Origin: Octopus bimaculoides
Taxonomy: Eukaryota
Reading direction: 5' to 3'
Assembly (NCBI RefSeq): GCF_001194135.2
Contig: NC_068996.1
Coordinates: 22,928,359 to 22,992,358 of the forward strand
DNA: 64,000 nt
Part shown: in pieces, positions 38,901 to 53,179 of the stretch
How the letters are laid out: each line of letters opens with the position of its first letter
Position numbering within the stretch: the stretch's first letter is position 1
Made by a program: the position numbers and the translations under genes
Notes under the pieces: model-generated
The model's database searches: none
Told to the model about the DNA's origin: nothing
Seen by the model: only the letters and a program-made list of their open reading frames with translations

Positions 38901-39021
38901 GTACTCAGGTCTGTTGGCAGTTGTATATTTATGTCACTCGCCTGTATCTTGTTTGAACAAAAATCGGCCGACACACTTAAATCTAGGAAACCGTTAACAC
39001 TCAGTGTGTCTGGAGATCATT

Positions 39022-39410
39022 CTAGTCGCCTGTATAAACGTTACATTGAACCCACACTAGGCGGGCATCGTTTGAGATGGTTTTCACTTGTAGCGTGCAT
39101 GTTTGGCTCGTGTTTCTCCATCTCTTACAGCCAGCTATTATATGGTCAAGGGTTTGGTTCAAAGACGTTTTGAATGGAAGCGATATCAGTCTTATAAAAA
39201 GCGGGATACATTGCTTATCCGTCGATTCACTTAGGTAGTTGACAGCCTCAATGTTGAGGTGGGGTTGAAGATAATGGAGGAGAAACGCGCTGACCACTAT
39301 GAAAAGTGAGAGAAGTGGCACGTTGTTACTCCAACCAATATAAACCAATCTATATCAGATATAGAGTATATTCAACAATGACCCACTAATGAAGAAAGAG
39401 GTCATTGTAT
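39022..39410 (-). pseudogene. Unidentified membrane-protein-like sequence, copy B
   Basis: PLLSLFIVVSAFLLHYLQPH...FIRLISLPFKTSL...YTGD aligns with copy A PFFSLLLVMIGTIIFHYLQSH...FARLMLLLFTTVL...YTQD; nucleotide anchor 39369-39393 vs 37827-37852. Confidence 0.5.
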
Positions 39411-40389
39411 GCGATATGCAAGCGTGTGTGTTTGTATGTGTTATAACTGATATAAATATTAGTTGGTTGATTGAGTGGTACAGAGAGTTAACATTAGAAG
39501 TACAGGATGAGTGTGCGCATACACAGTAAGAGAACGAACCTTAGAAACAGTGGAGGAAGTGGACGTGAGGGAGGAGTAAATTACAGAGTAGTTATAGGAC
39601 GAGTTATGCAGAAGAGAGATTTGTTGTAATTTTATTTTAAAGTAATAAATATTTTACTTATGAAAGTTAGTTTTAAATTTCATAATTTTATATAAGCACC
39701 AAGGAATCGTGATAAAAGTTTAATTTAATTATTGCATTTATGACATATTTCCCTGATATTACTGATGGTTGTAAAAGTTACACTTCCATAGTTACTCGTC
39801 CGTCTGCTTTTTCATGCTGGACGGGTCAAGGACCTAGTTCCTTCATTGGGAGTCACGGCCCTTCCAAACAAGTCAGGACTATGTCTCATTTGTGCGTTTT
39901 GTTTTTTTGGCACGTTTTCTGTGATTCAATACACTTCTTGTCACTAACCATTTTACAATATATTTATTTGCGCGCTGGCATGTGTGTGTACAAAAGAGAA
40001 AGTAGCTTCTATGCAAGTCATGGGCAAACTGCGCTCTGCGGGACTTTCTGAATGGCACGCCTAATGAAAAATTACCTTGTATTGTTTTTAGTAGTACGGC
40101 TCACCTGATAATGAGCCATGTCTCATGCGGCCCGCTTCTCGAAAAATGTTGCTCACTACTGTCCTGTACTATATTAAATTGGCCCCTCAAAATGCTTCAG
40201 TTGATTGCAGCTAAACTAATTTTAAAACCTGAAAGTTTACTCTGTGAGTGTGTGTACATACATACATAGAATTGCTTTAATTGAGGCAGGTTTATGTAAT
40301 GGATACATTTCCTATTATATATTACGCAAACCTGAAACGTACGTATTAAATTATTTCAATATATCACTGTTTCGTTTGACTTCATTATT

Positions 40390-40420
<31 letters not shown>

Positions 40421-41423
40421 AACAAAATACTTTTGCCCACCATTAACGGTGTAATCATCTACTTCATCATTCTCTTTCCCCGTTCCTATATGTTCGTAAA
40501 TAGAATCTGTCAAATATTTACAAAATAATAATAATGCTTTCTACTATAGGCACAAAGCTTGAGATTTGGAGGAAGGGGGCTAATCGATTTCATTGACCCC
40601 AGTGCACAACTTGTACCTAAATTATCGATCCCAAAAGGGTGACGAGCAAAGCTGACCATGCNNNNNNNNNNNNNNNNNNNNNNNNNNNNNNNNNNNNNNN
40701 NNNNNNNNNNNNNNNNNNNNNNNNNNNNNNNNNNNNNNNNNNNNNNNNNNNNNNNNNNNNNNNNNNNNNNNNNNNNNNNNNNNNNNNNNNNNNNNNNNNN
40801 NNNNNNNNNNNNNNNNNNNNNNNNNNNNNNNNNNNNNNNNNNNNNNNNNNNNNNNNNNNNNNNNNNNNNNNNNNNNNNNNNNNNNNNNNNNNNNNNNNNN
40901 NNNNNNNNNNNNNNNNNNNNNNNNNNNNNNNNNNNNNNNNNNNNNNNNNNNNNNNNNNNNNNNNNNNNNNNNNNNNNNNNNNNNNNNNNNNNNNNNNNNN
41001 NNNNNNNNNNNNNNNNNNNNNNNNNNNNNNNNNNNNNNNNNNNTCGCATATTTCAAAAAAATTGATGAGGGGGAGGAAGCCTTTTTTGTTTGTTTGTTTT
41101 AAACTGAATTTAAAAATTTTATTCGTTATTCTTGTAGAGCGGCATTTATTTCTACAATATTTGGTAACTTAAAATACGGAAAATATTTTTGTTTTTATGA
41201 AAAACCATTGTTTAATATTCTTTCTTTTTTCTTCTTAAATTTTGGTAATTGTTTTGTTTTACCCCCTCGTCCTCCTCCACTGTTAACAATGTTGTTTCTG
41301 ACATCGAAAAACTACATTACATTCATACCAACCAAACAAAACTAGATTTTTATTTTTAACGTCATCCTTGTGTTTGTTGATTACTAATTAATTTTAACTT
41401 TTTCTTTTAAACCAATTTTGTTT

Positions 41424-41785
41424 TTACTTCAGTTTTACCTTATGTTGATAAAAAATCTTCGCAAAAAAACAAATGATCTTTGAGAAACATACATTTGACG
41501 GATTGTCTCGAGTGCCTTGTTTTAGAAGACATTTCTTTATGGTTTGTTTAACCCAAAAAAGCGAAACGCGATGTGACGAATATTTTTTAACTCTCTCCCT
41601 GTCCAAAATATTTTCATAAGTTTGTCTATGCATCCATACTTGTTCTCAGACCTTTTTATTAGCCCTCGTTTCATACGTTCAGGTAATATAAAGCTTTTCT
41701 TTCATAAGTCCCTAGTTACTTTGGTGATTGAAAAGACAGAAAACAAAAAAAAAAAAGGAATAAATCGGGGATGTATATCATGGCT
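41424..41785 (-). pseudogene. Unidentified membrane-protein-like sequence, copy C (C-terminal part)
   Basis: 41613-41729 is clearly similar to 37352-37455; QTYENILDRERV..SL..V...IK..L...FAKIFYQ vs QTYENDLDKQRV..SL..V...IK..L...FSKNFYS; stop and 1-nt indel upstream; truncated by a MITE and a gap. Confidence 0.55.
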
Positions 41786-43057
41786 TTGCGTAAAAGAAAA
41801 TACAAGGAGAGGATCAGTTAATTATGATTTTATTCAACGTATTCCTCTCTCAGATTCACNNNNNNNNNNNNNNNNNNNNNNNNNNNNNNNNNNNNNNNNN
41901 NNNNNNNNNNNNNNNNNNNNNNNNNNNNNNNNNNNNNNNNNNNNNNNNNNNNNNNNNNNGAGAAAATAAAAGTTAGTTGTGGCGTAGAGGTGGCTTCAAA
42001 CTGTAGTTATGCTGTTACTATCTGCAGATTTTTTTTGTTTTTGTTTCCTAATCTCTTATCACAAATTGAAACCTGATTTCCTCCATGTGCATTATGTATT
42101 GAACAGGATTCTTGTTAGTTTCTATAACGAGGTCGTTTAACATCATTATTTCGTTGCACGAAAATATACATTTCCCTAGTCTTTCTAATTAAATTATGAC
42201 GTAGTTTGTGGAAACTTGTTACGTGACCTATAATTGTACAGGTACACACGCACATATGTATGCATATATTAATGCATATATATATATATATATATATATA
42301 TAAACACACGCACACATGCATACATAGCACACACGTGTTGTAATACAGATAAGTTTGTCTATTTATTCTCCTTGTAGGCCTTATCTACATTGAACTATCC
42401 GCTGTATTGTATGTACAGATTTTGCAAGTTTTCCATTTTCTCTCTCTCTCTCTCTCTTACACACACACACATACTAATTTGTAAAACGAGTTTTGTCATA
42501 CTCATCACCATCATCATCAGTTAATTAATTCTCAGACATTCAAAAACTATAAAGGTTTTATTTCTTAGTCCCANNNNNNNNNNNNNNNNNNNNNNNNNNN
42601 NNNNNNNNNNNNNNNNNNNNNNNNNNNNNNNNNNNNNNNNNNNNNNNNNNNNNNNNNNNNNNNNNNNNNNNNNNNNNNNNNNNNNNNNNNNNNNNNNNNN
42701 NNNNNNNNNNNNNNNNNNNNNNNNNNNNNNNNNNNNNNNNNNNNNNNNNNNNNNNNNNNNNNNNNNNNNNNNNNNNNNNNNNNNNNNNNNNNNNNNNNNN
42801 NNNNNNNNNNNNNNNNNNNNNNNNNNNNNNNNNNNNNNNNNNNNNNNNNNNNNNNNNNNNNNNNNNNNNNNNNNNNNNNNNNNNNNNNNNNNNNNNNNNN
42901 NNNNNNNNNNNNNNNNNNNNNNNNNNNNNNNNNNNNNNNNNNNNNNNNNNNNNNNNNNNNNNNNNNNNAACAGAATAAATATATGATGTTATTCCTAGAT
43001 TTAGCTGAAAAAGAAAAAGGTAAATTAAAACTTTTTTCTTTGCTTAATGTATGAAGT

Positions 43058-43094
<37 letters not shown>

Positions 43095-43100
<6 letters not shown>

Positions 43101-43300
43101 CCTTTCTACTATAGGCACAAGGCCTGAAATGTTGGGGGAAGGGGACTAGTCAATAACATCGATCCCAGTGTGTAAATAATACTTAATTTATCGACCCCGA
43201 AAGGTTGAAAGGCAAAATCGACCTCGGCGGAATTTGAACTCAGAACGTAAAGACAGGCGAAATACCACTAAGCATTTTGCCCGGCCTGCTAACGATTCTG
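43095..43300 (-). mobile_element. SINE S2
   Basis: Reverse-complement match, (TAA)n adjacent. Confidence 0.8.
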
Positions 43301-43724
43301 GATGATAATAATAATAATATTTGCAATGATTAAAATCTTTAAAATTTTTCTTCATTAAGTATTAGCTTCCCCATCTCTTTTCTCTTACCTTCCATCTATG
43401 TGCCATTTAGCGACTATTGTCTTTTTAGGACACCAAAGGGGGGAAGGGTACCTTCTCACACACATCGTTTATATATATATATATATATATGAATATACTT
43501 TATTTAAAAGCAGCAGAAATATGAATATATAAAGAGAGAGAGAGAGAGATTTTTAATGTTTCTTTTATGTAAATAACTTCAACTATATATTTTTTCATTA
43601 TCTTTAGCGTGTTTCAACTATCTTTTTGTGTTTCAAATTACACACACGAAAATATATATTTCATCACTTCGGCATAGCGATACTAGTAATCAATTCAGTC
43701 ATTAGGACTGTATATGCATATTGC

Positions 43725-43761
<37 letters not shown>

Positions 43762-45974
43762 GCATTAGATAGACCGTAATATTATATATAGGTATTGCGT
43801 GTGTATGCGTGTATGTATGTCATCTGTTGGTAAAAAAAAATATTCGATTCAAAATTACTGGATTATATATTAAAAGAATCAGCTTAGATGTTGTTACAGG
43901 ATCGCATTAACTAGATTATCGGAAAATTGTTTATTTTGTTTATCAACTTTTGTTTTTGTTCCCTTCCACATAATAATAATAATAATAATGATGATGATGA
44001 TAATAATAATAATAATTGTTGTTATTGCTATTTTACTATTATTATTGATGTTCTTATTATTTCTAATTTCGGGAGGAAGCAAGTCGGTTACATCGACCCT
44101 TGTACTTCACAGTACTTTATTTTATTTCTTCTCCCGAGAGGATGAAAGGCAACACACAGATAATTAAGATATATCTTGATGAAAAGACACAACCTCCTAT
44201 TGGTATTGGGTCAGATGAACGCTCACTACAAGTCTCATCGCCATCATTGACACTATCCCAAATGCCACCACCATCATCATCATCATCATCTTGATGTTCC
44301 TCCTTGTGTAATATCCTATCCAGGTAACTGAATACTGCTTTGTCTTGAAAGTATACCTGTGAACAATTCTGGTATCAGAATAGACAACGGAAAAGTGGTT
44401 CTTACGTTCGTAGCCCCCTGTACCCCTTCCTCCTTATCATCATCACCACCACAACATCTCTGTTATTATTGAAGTATAGGTTTCTACATTAATCCCCAAA
44501 GTTTTTTTTCTTTCTTTCTTTTTCGTTTTTTTTTTTTAACGAACTGCCGACCCTCTCTATGCTCCATATAGTCTGCACTTTCTCTTTGCCTAAATAAATA
44601 AATGTAGGTTAAGTCATCCATCAGTCTTGCCTGCCTTCGTTTGCTATGAAAAACCATGGGGGTTGGAAGTGTATGTGCGTATGTGAATAGTGGTGGTGGT
44701 GGGGACGCGCACTGCTCGGCGTCATCCCTTCCCTTAAGGTTCATTTTTTGAGGTGGGAGTTTAAAGAGTGGTTCTTACGTTCCTTCCCCCCCCCCTCTCC
44801 TTGCCTCGCCATCACCATCACCCTTCCACCACCACCACCACCACCACCGCCAACAACAACAACAACCTCGTTACCGGTCTTCCCAGTGTCTCCGGGTATT
44901 TATAAAAAAAAATTTACCAGCATTTAATATAATCCTTTCTACTACTATAGGCACAAGGCCTGAAATTTGAGGTGAGAGGACAAGTCGATTACNNNNNNNN
45001 NNNNNNNNNNNNNNNNNNNNNNNNNNNNNNNNNNNNNNNNNNNNNNNNNNNNNNNNNNNNNNNNNNNNNNNNNNNNNNNNNNNNNNNNNNNNNNNNNNNN
45101 NNNNNNNNNNNNNNNNNNNNNNNNNNNNNNNNNNNNNNNNNNNNNNNNNNNNNNNNNNNNNNNNNNNNNNNNNNNNNNNNNNNNNNNNNNNNNNNNNNNN
45201 NNNNNNNNNNNNNNNNNNNNNNNNNNNNNNNNNNNNNNNNNNNNNNNNNNNNNNNNNNNNNNNNNNNNNNNNNNNNNNNNNNNNNNNNNNNNNNNNNNNN
45301 NNNNNNNNNNNNNNNNNNNNNNNNNNNNNNNNNNNNNNNNNNNNNNNNNNNNNNNNNNNNNNNNNNNNNNNNNNNNNNNNNNNNNNNNNNNNNNNNNNNN
45401 NNNNNNNNNNNNNNNNNNNNNNNNNNNNNNNNNNNNNNNNNNNNNNNNNNNNNNNNNNNNNNNNNNNNNNNNNNNNNNNNNNNNNNNNNNNNNNNNNNNN
45501 NNNNNNNNNNNNNNNNNNNNNNNNNNNNNNNNNNNNNNNNNNNNNNNNNNNNNNNNNNNNNNNNNNNNNNNNNNNNNNNNNNNNNNNNNNNNNNNNNNNN
45601 NNNNNNNNNNNNNNNNNNNNNNNNNNNNNNNNNNNNNNNNNNNNNNNNNNNNNNNNNNNNNNNNNNNNNNNNNNNNNNNNNNNNNNNNNNNNNNNNNNNN
45701 NNNNNNNNNNNNNNNNNNNNNNNNNNNNNNNNNNNNNNNNNNNNNNNNNNNNNNNNNNNNNNNNNNNNNNNNNNNNNNNNNNNNNNNNNNNNNNNNNNNN
45801 NNNNNNNNNNNNNNNNNNNNNNNNNNNNNNNNNNNNNNNNNNNNNNNNNNNNNNNNNNNNNNNNNNNNNNNNNNNNNNNNNNNNNNNNNNNNNNNNNNNN
45901 NNNNNNNNNNNNNNNNNNNNNNNNNNNNNNNNNNNNNNNNNNNNNNNNNNNNNNNNNNNNNNNNNNNNNNNNNN

Positions 45975-46010
<36 letters not shown>

Positions 46011-46369
46011 GTGTGTGTCTGTGTTTCTCCATCATCACTTGACAACCGGTTTTCGTGTTTTTACGTCCCCCGCGACTTAGCGGTTCAGCAAGACCCCGAT
46101 AGAATTAAGTACTGGGCTTAAAAAAAAGAAGTTCTGGGGTCCATTTGTTCGACTAAAAAAAACCTTCAAGGTGGTGCTCCAGCATGGCTGAAACGAGTAA
46201 AAGAATACAAATGTGGGCTTGGTTTTGTGTGATTGAGAAGCTCACAGCATCTTGGCTAAGTGTTTTCAGCTATAACCCCGGACTGACCGACAATGCTTTG
46301 CAAGTGAATTTAGATGACAGAAACGGCGTATAAGCCCGTCATCTATATATATATATATATGGGAGAATA

Positions 46370-46525
46370 TACAAATAATAACAACAGACGAGGACAGGTG
46401 GTGTAAATAACAAAAGTATATATTAGTATGACGCTCGGGAATACGGAAAGTCTTTGACGCTTCGAGCTACGCTCTTCAACAGAAAGAATACGGAGACAAG
46501 GAGAAAAACACGGAGAAAAAAAAAA
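46370..46525 (-). mobile_element. Penelope-like element terminal (pseudo-LTR) fragment in (TA)n
   Basis: Minus strand ctgttgaagagcgtagctcgaagcgtc, similar to PLE termini; flanked by (TA)n. Confidence 0.45.
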
Positions 46526-46537
46526 TTNNNNNNNNNN

Positions 46538-46584
<47 letters not shown>

Positions 46585-46974
46585 CAGTTTCTGTGTGTAC
46601 CACTACTTGACAACCGGTGTTTATTTCGTATCAGGGACAATTACTCCCCTTGGTTAATTACCCCCTCTCCAATATGAAGAAGTTTTAAATCATCATCTGT
46701 TGTCCTCAGGGGAAATTGTCTACGGGTGGAGTGGGGTTAAATGTTCTAGACTGGGTTTTTCTTTTATATATATTCCCGAAATTTAGCGATTCGGTAAAAA
46801 AAATAACAAACAAACCAAGAATGAGACCAAACTTAAAGTAGTTTTGTGGAATTGTTCGACTGAAGCCTTTCAAAGTGGTGCCCCAACATGGCTGCAGTCC
46901 AATGACTGAAACTAGTTAAACATAAAAGATATATATATCAGTTAATCATATTCATGTATGTTTTTTTCTTTCTT

Positions 46975-47640
46975 TTAGTTCTTAGTTCAAATCCCGCCAA
47001 AGTCAAATTTTGCCTTGCATTTCTTGATATGTCGATTAATCCTTACTCTCAAAATTCCTGGCACTTGTCCCTAAATCAGAAACGATTATTATTATTTGTC
47101 AGAATCGTTAAGATTGCCCAAAGAAATATGCTGTACCGTTTCGGCCCTTTTCAAATCGTGCCGAAGTCAACTTTGCCTTTCATCTTTTTTTGTGGGGACC
47201 GGTAGATAAAGTATCAATCAGTCATGTACTGGGCTGATGGTATTGATGGGATTATTATTTGTGGTGTTTTCTCGAATTACCACCCTTGGTGTACTCATCC
47301 CAACTTTGGGGAATTATTTATCTTTCTGATTTGTATTTTCATGGTTTTTGTTATATTTTTATTGTTATTGTGTCTCCTTTTGTGTGTATTGTATTTTGTC
47401 TTTTGGTGTTGCCCTCAGTGCCTTTGGTCCTTGTGGCCAACGAAAGAAATCATCTACTGACAGAATCGTTGGCGCGTTTCTTTCTGTTCCAAGTCCAAAT
47501 TACATCGAAGTCGACTTTGCCTTTCAACCTTTCAGGGTCGATAAAATAAGGTACCAGCCAAGTAGTGGAGTCCATGTAACCGATTCCCCTCCCCCACTGC
47601 CTCTAAGATTGCTGGCCTTTTGCCAAAGTTTGAAACCATT
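46975..47640 (+). mobile_element. SINE S2 pieces flanking a Tx1-like 3' end fragment (47255-47452)
   Basis: 47255-47452 ends ggtccttgtggccaacgaaagaa, similar to the 3' end of the 2205-4078 element. Confidence 0.6.
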
Positions 47641-48459
47641 ATCATCGGCACGATGCATTTGACTGAATCTTTGGATACATTCCTTTCCACTTCCTTTCGG
47701 GAATTTGCTAATTATAGTTGGATCTCCTAGGTGAAAAAGCTTTTGAGGTGGGGTTTTTTTCTTTTGTACATGAGAATGGAGAAAAACTTGGTGTGTAAGA
47801 GGCGTCAAATGGTTCGTTAAAACAGCGTTTGACTCTTATAATAAATTAGTTATCTGCTGTCTCAGTGTTAATAATGTCATAGTGTTACAATTACTTCAAT
47901 ACCTGGAGGTATTGTGGCGTATGTGTGTTTGTGTACTGATATGTAGCTATAAATATGTGTATATACATCGATATGTATGTGTGTGGACTTATGTATATTT
48001 GTACGCACAATACACACATAATTACACACAGACACATACTCTTATATGTATGTATACACATATATGTTGATGTATATGCATCGTTATTACATATGTACTC
48101 GCTAAACATCTTTGAATTACCTGTACAACTGATACATTACCTAATTTTCACGAATCTTATCATTTTACGTTTTAAATCTTTTTTTCTTTTTTCTTTCTTA
48201 ATATGCCTTTTACCCAATCAGTAAAGGTTTCTTTTTTTCCTTTTCCAGTTACTCTTTTATAAGTATTGTGTAGTAGTTTTCATGTACGTTTAATCATTTT
48301 GTTTCTGAAATATCTCTCACAATAATTCAAATATATACCGTGTGTGTTGGAAGTAATCTCTTAAAGGCAAGGCTAATGGAGATTTCTGATTGCATTTTAA
48401 ATTGTTAGTTTTATTCGTCATGTCTCTTTTCGAGTTGTTTTGTGTGTGTGTGTTGTGTA

Positions 48460-48800
48460 AGTCACTGGACTGCAGCCATACCACGACACTACCTCAAAGG
48501 GGTTTGGTCGAACAAATCCACCCCAATACTTATTTTAAAGTTTGGTACTTAATCTATTGGACCCTTTGCTGAACTGCTAAGTTATGAGGGCGTAAGCAAA
48601 CCAACACCTGTTGTCAAACAATGGGTGGGTGACTGCTTGGAAACACAAACACACACATATATATACGATAGGTTTCCACACAGTTTCCGTCTACTAAATT
48701 CGCTGAAAAGCATTGGTTGGATCGGGGCTATAATTGAAGACACTTGCCCAATGTGCCGTTCAGTAGGACTGAAACCTGAAACCACGTGGTTGTAAAGCGA
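48460..48800 (-). mobile_element. SINE S1
   Basis: Reverse-complement match to 62038-62421. Confidence 0.75.
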
Positions 48801-49459
48801 GATTTTAATCGCGCAACGAAAATATGGAAATTATAGACAGATATCATATAGAGAGTAGTATCGTATGTCTAAATATATGAATTATATGGCCTTGTAGCTA
48901 TGTAATAAATGAATACTTAAGCAAGTAATGAATGTTATTTCAAACATGCCTTTTTTTATTATCTATTAGCTGACTTATTTATTTATTTGTCGATTCGGGA
49001 ATGGCAGTGCTCCAGACCGTTTTTCATGGTCTCTCGTGATTTATGCCAGGAAGATATCCTGAAAACCACAGGATCTGTTGTGAATGCTTTTCTATCAGTA
49101 GCTCTTTTTGTTAAAATATAGTTTAATATAAATTTGTGATTGATATGTTAATTTACAATTTCTATCTTCTCGATATTTGCCTGTTTTGTTGTGAAGAAAC
49201 TTAATTTTCAATTCACACAGTACGCATTAAAAAAAAGTATTCGTTTATGATTTGTACAGTAGATGAAAGAATTTTGTGTGTGTGTGTGTGGGGGGGGGTA
49301 TTACTGAAGAAGGCATTTTTCTGTTGCTAAGCTTGTTTTTTTAAAGATATTCTTATTTATAATTTTATAAGCCGTATGAAATTTAAACACGTGAGTTGAA
49401 TCTGAACGCATGTATACATGATATAGAGGATATCCTAAAGTGGTTTAGGATTTAGGATA

Positions 49460-49770
49460 TTCGGCTCGTGGCGCATGTCTCAGTGGTTGTAAGGTCGTAA
49501 ATTCAATTCCCGGTGGCGCGTTGTGTCTTCGAGCAAAACACTTTATTTCATATTGTTTTTGTCCAGTCAGCCAGCAAAAATGAATAGTACCTGTAATTCA
49601 AAGGACCCAGCCTCGTCACACTCTGTGCCACGCTGAATCTCCCTGAGAACTACATTAAGGGTACGCATGTCTGTGGAGTGCTTAGTCACTTGCATGTTCA
49701 TTTCACGAGCAGGCTGTTTCATTGATCGGATCAACTGGAACCCTCGTCGCCGTTGTAACAGACGGAATGT
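49460..49770 (+). mobile_element. SINE S3-related copy
   Basis: Shares the cctgtaattcaaag...gcaggctgtt.cattgatcggatcaactggaaccctc tail with 16611-16996. Confidence 0.8.
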
Positions 49771-50927
49771 CATTCTGTGTGGCTTACAAGAGATTGCAGG
49801 TGAAATCCCTCTGCAGGTGAAGCATATTGGCTAAGTGTCGAAACGTTTGTAATTCTGAGATACGAAAGGGTTTCCGACATTGTGATAACTTTCATATCAC
49901 TGTCTGGAGAAGAGCTTGCAATATCTCTTAGTGGATCTCTAGTTTCTGCATTGGAGCAAAACGTCTCTTGTGCTTGCGTGCGTGTGTCTATATATATATT
50001 CTATATACGTAGGTAAATTGAAATTTAGAGGTAATACTTGACAATTGTAAGCACCTGTGTATTCCAGCTAGTGGTTGCGAGAATCGCTTATCAATATTTT
50101 TTATTGTATTATTATTTTTTTTTTGTTAGCAAAAATGTAAGATTAGTTATGAAGAATATTTTTCTTGCCTTACAGGCATGTAAAATACCTCTCGTTCATC
50201 ATTAATCAAATGAGCTATTGATTACTAATATTAATTTTTGTCAAAATATTAGCTCTCTGTTTGACCAACCTCAAAGTTTCTTAGCAAAGAGAGGATATAG
50301 GTAGATTGAATTGACTTCCATTTGTTGTGACTGGTAACGATGGAATCTTTGTGTGGTTGTTCAAGCTGCTATATATAACAAGTAAATCTCCCTTAACACT
50401 TTGCTTTCTACTTTGGGAGCCCACCAGTGATTCCTAAAGGCGATGTTTCTTTTAAGGAACCTCATGTTAGTGGTTCAGACTAGACTATTCAAATTTTACG
50501 AAATGTATACAGAACATATTTTCCTTCGTAATTTCTCTGATGGTTTTCAATTCAAATCAATAGAAACCGAGATAGGACCTGGTTAAAAAAAGGCAGGATA
50601 AATAAATGTGTTGTGTCTGCGTTAAAAGAGAGACACAGAGAGCGTGAGAGAGAACTATTACGTATAACAACAGCCAGCCAACCAACTAAACTATCCAATC
50701 AACCAACCATCCAAACAAACAAACAAATTGTGTAGTTATCAAATTAAAACGTTTATTTTCAGAACATTACTATTGATGGTGTCGCAAGCTTCAGCAGCAG
50801 TTCTTTTCCCAAATATCCTATCTCTAGAATAAATTGCTAAGTGGTGATGTTGTTGTTGTTGTTGGTGGTGGTGGTAATAGTAGTAGCCATTTGAGATGTG
50901 TGTGTGTATGAGAAAAAGAGAGAGAGA

Positions 50928-50991
<64 letters not shown>

Positions 50992-51841
50992 GTATCCCTT
51001 TTACGGCCTTTCTACCGCTGTGGTCGGTAAAATAAATTTTAGACGATGTGATCGACTAAATATGCTCTTGAAAGCTGTATCCCAGCATGTCCTCAGTTGT
51101 ATCGATTGAAACCGATTAAAGAATAGATTTAGTTTATTATTCATTTCTAATAAACTAAGTCGATGGAATAGTTCTGTTTTAAATTTATTTTAGAATCGTT
51201 AGAGTGTCGGTATTTAGTACGTTTTTCTCTTTTTTACGTTCTGATTTCAAATCCTGCTGAAGTCAACTTTGCCTTTCATCCCTCTGGAATCGATAAAATT
51301 GATGCACCAGTTGTGTACTGGGGTCCATATAATCGATAACCTACCTCACCCCTCTGTTACTGGGCCTTGTGCCTGAATTTGAAACCATTATTATTAAAAG
51401 ACATTTGTGCAAGTGGGACTGCACTAGTAACCACGTAGTTGCAAAGTGAGCTTCTTAGCCAACCACACAGTCATAAATGCGCCTATGATCGTGTATAATA
51501 CTTAAAATGTTTGCATAGAAAAGCAACCTAGATGGTCTTTGAAACCATCTAGGATTGTTACAGTACGACTACATTGTTAAAGCTTTAACCGTTTAGCAGT
51601 TATAACCAGCCATATCCGGCCAAACCATTCTCCCCGTTTTGTGTCTGGGTTTTCCCTCCACCGCCGCTTGACAACCGCTGTTGGTATGTTTACGTCCCCG
51701 TAACTTAGCGGTTCGGCAAAATATACCGATAGAATAAGTATTAGGCCTAAAAAAATTAGTTCTGGGGTCGATTTGTCCGACTATAAACCTTTCAAGGCGA
51801 TGCACCAGTATGGCCGCAGTCAAATGACTGAAACAAGTAAA

Positions 51842-51881
<40 letters not shown>

Positions 51882-53179
51882 AAAAAGACTTTTGTTACTC
51901 TTTGGCGTTGATTTTTGCAAAGAAACGTAAATGTAAACTGAAGATTAAAACTGACTTGCTGACGTAATTAGTAAGAATTCATTCCTGTATACAGTAAGTC
52001 ACTGTGTTTCAGTTATTTTCAATAAAAGTGCAAAGAAACTTTGCTAAAGCTACAAATCCCTTTTAGAACCCCATGTAATTTTTTTTTCTTCTTCTTCTTC
52101 TTTTCTGTCTAAACTTTCTATCAATATTGCTTTCTTGAAAATGTTCACTTTTAAGATTCTTTCTTTCCCTCAATTTTAGAGATTGGAATCGTTGCTCGTT
52201 ATGTTGTTCAGCCCCGGATTGGCTCTGGTTAAGCAAACTTATGTCAACTCTAGTCTTCCTCTATAATTCCATTCACATCTAGAGTGCGCAAGCGCGCGCG
52301 CACGCACACACACACACACAGAGAGGAATAACTCCGTAGTAGATATTAATAATAAATATATAAGATTATTATTAGTTAATTTAAACAATAATTTTTTTTA
52401 ATACCAACTAATTTAAATAGATAAAAGAGTTGTACTGAAAGATGTAATTGTTTATATATTTTTTGTTGCAGTTATACGTAGAAGAAAACTTAGATACTTA
52501 ATTATATACATTTATATGCACGTGTTTGAGATATAATGAGTGAGTTTCGATGTTTGTGGATTGCACTTGCTTGATTGTATCTTCCGTTGGGGTGTAAGAT
52601 TGAATAGTTAACGCTCACGCTCATAACACAAACATTTGAATTAATTTTTACAATCCAGTCGTCCTTTTACACGGAATTTCGTTTTTTCTCAGCCATGACC
52701 CTGAAGTGACTATATATATATATATATATATATATAATGGGAACTGTGATTATGTATATCAGATAAAATATAAGCCGAAACAATTTGTTGGCCTTTTATG
52801 GTTTTTATAATTATTTATATAACATTATGTTATGTTATATATTATATTCATAGTATTTAATCTAATAATTGTATATATAAATAAATGATTGAATTGTCAA
52901 TAGAATATATCTGTATTTAATTTATCGTTATAATTATTCCAATATTTATATGGTATCCAAATGACGTACCAGTGAAATGGATGTTTAACACACTGCTTTG
53001 AAGGATTTCTTTTCCTCAGTTTGTTATATATATATATATATATATATATACATACATACACACCCTGTTAGTTGATGAGATTTGAATAAGCTCAATATGG
53101 ATTGTACAGAATGGTGGTCCAATGAATATGAACGTAAATTCCGACTTCTTCGTCTAGGGCAGTTTAACGAGGCTTCATA

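Larger units (their letters stand above)
21152..46537. other. Assembly gaps (N runs): 21152-21927, 24508-25480, 25853-25862, 27267-27372, 36304-36332, 40662-41043, 41860-41959, 42574-42968, 44993-45974, 46528-46537
   Basis: Runs of n in the sequence. Confidence 0.98.

Noticed and set aside
21062-46045. Long X-filled ORFs (about 130-370 aa) at 21-22, 24.5-25.6, 27, 40.5-41 and 45-46 kb
   Set aside because: Artefacts of N gaps lacking stop codons.
46435-46485. Third hammerhead motif in the Penelope-like end (minus strand ttgaaga...tcgaagc)
   Set aside because: GAAA is mutated to GAAG and stems II and III do not fit cleanly; at best a decayed remnant.
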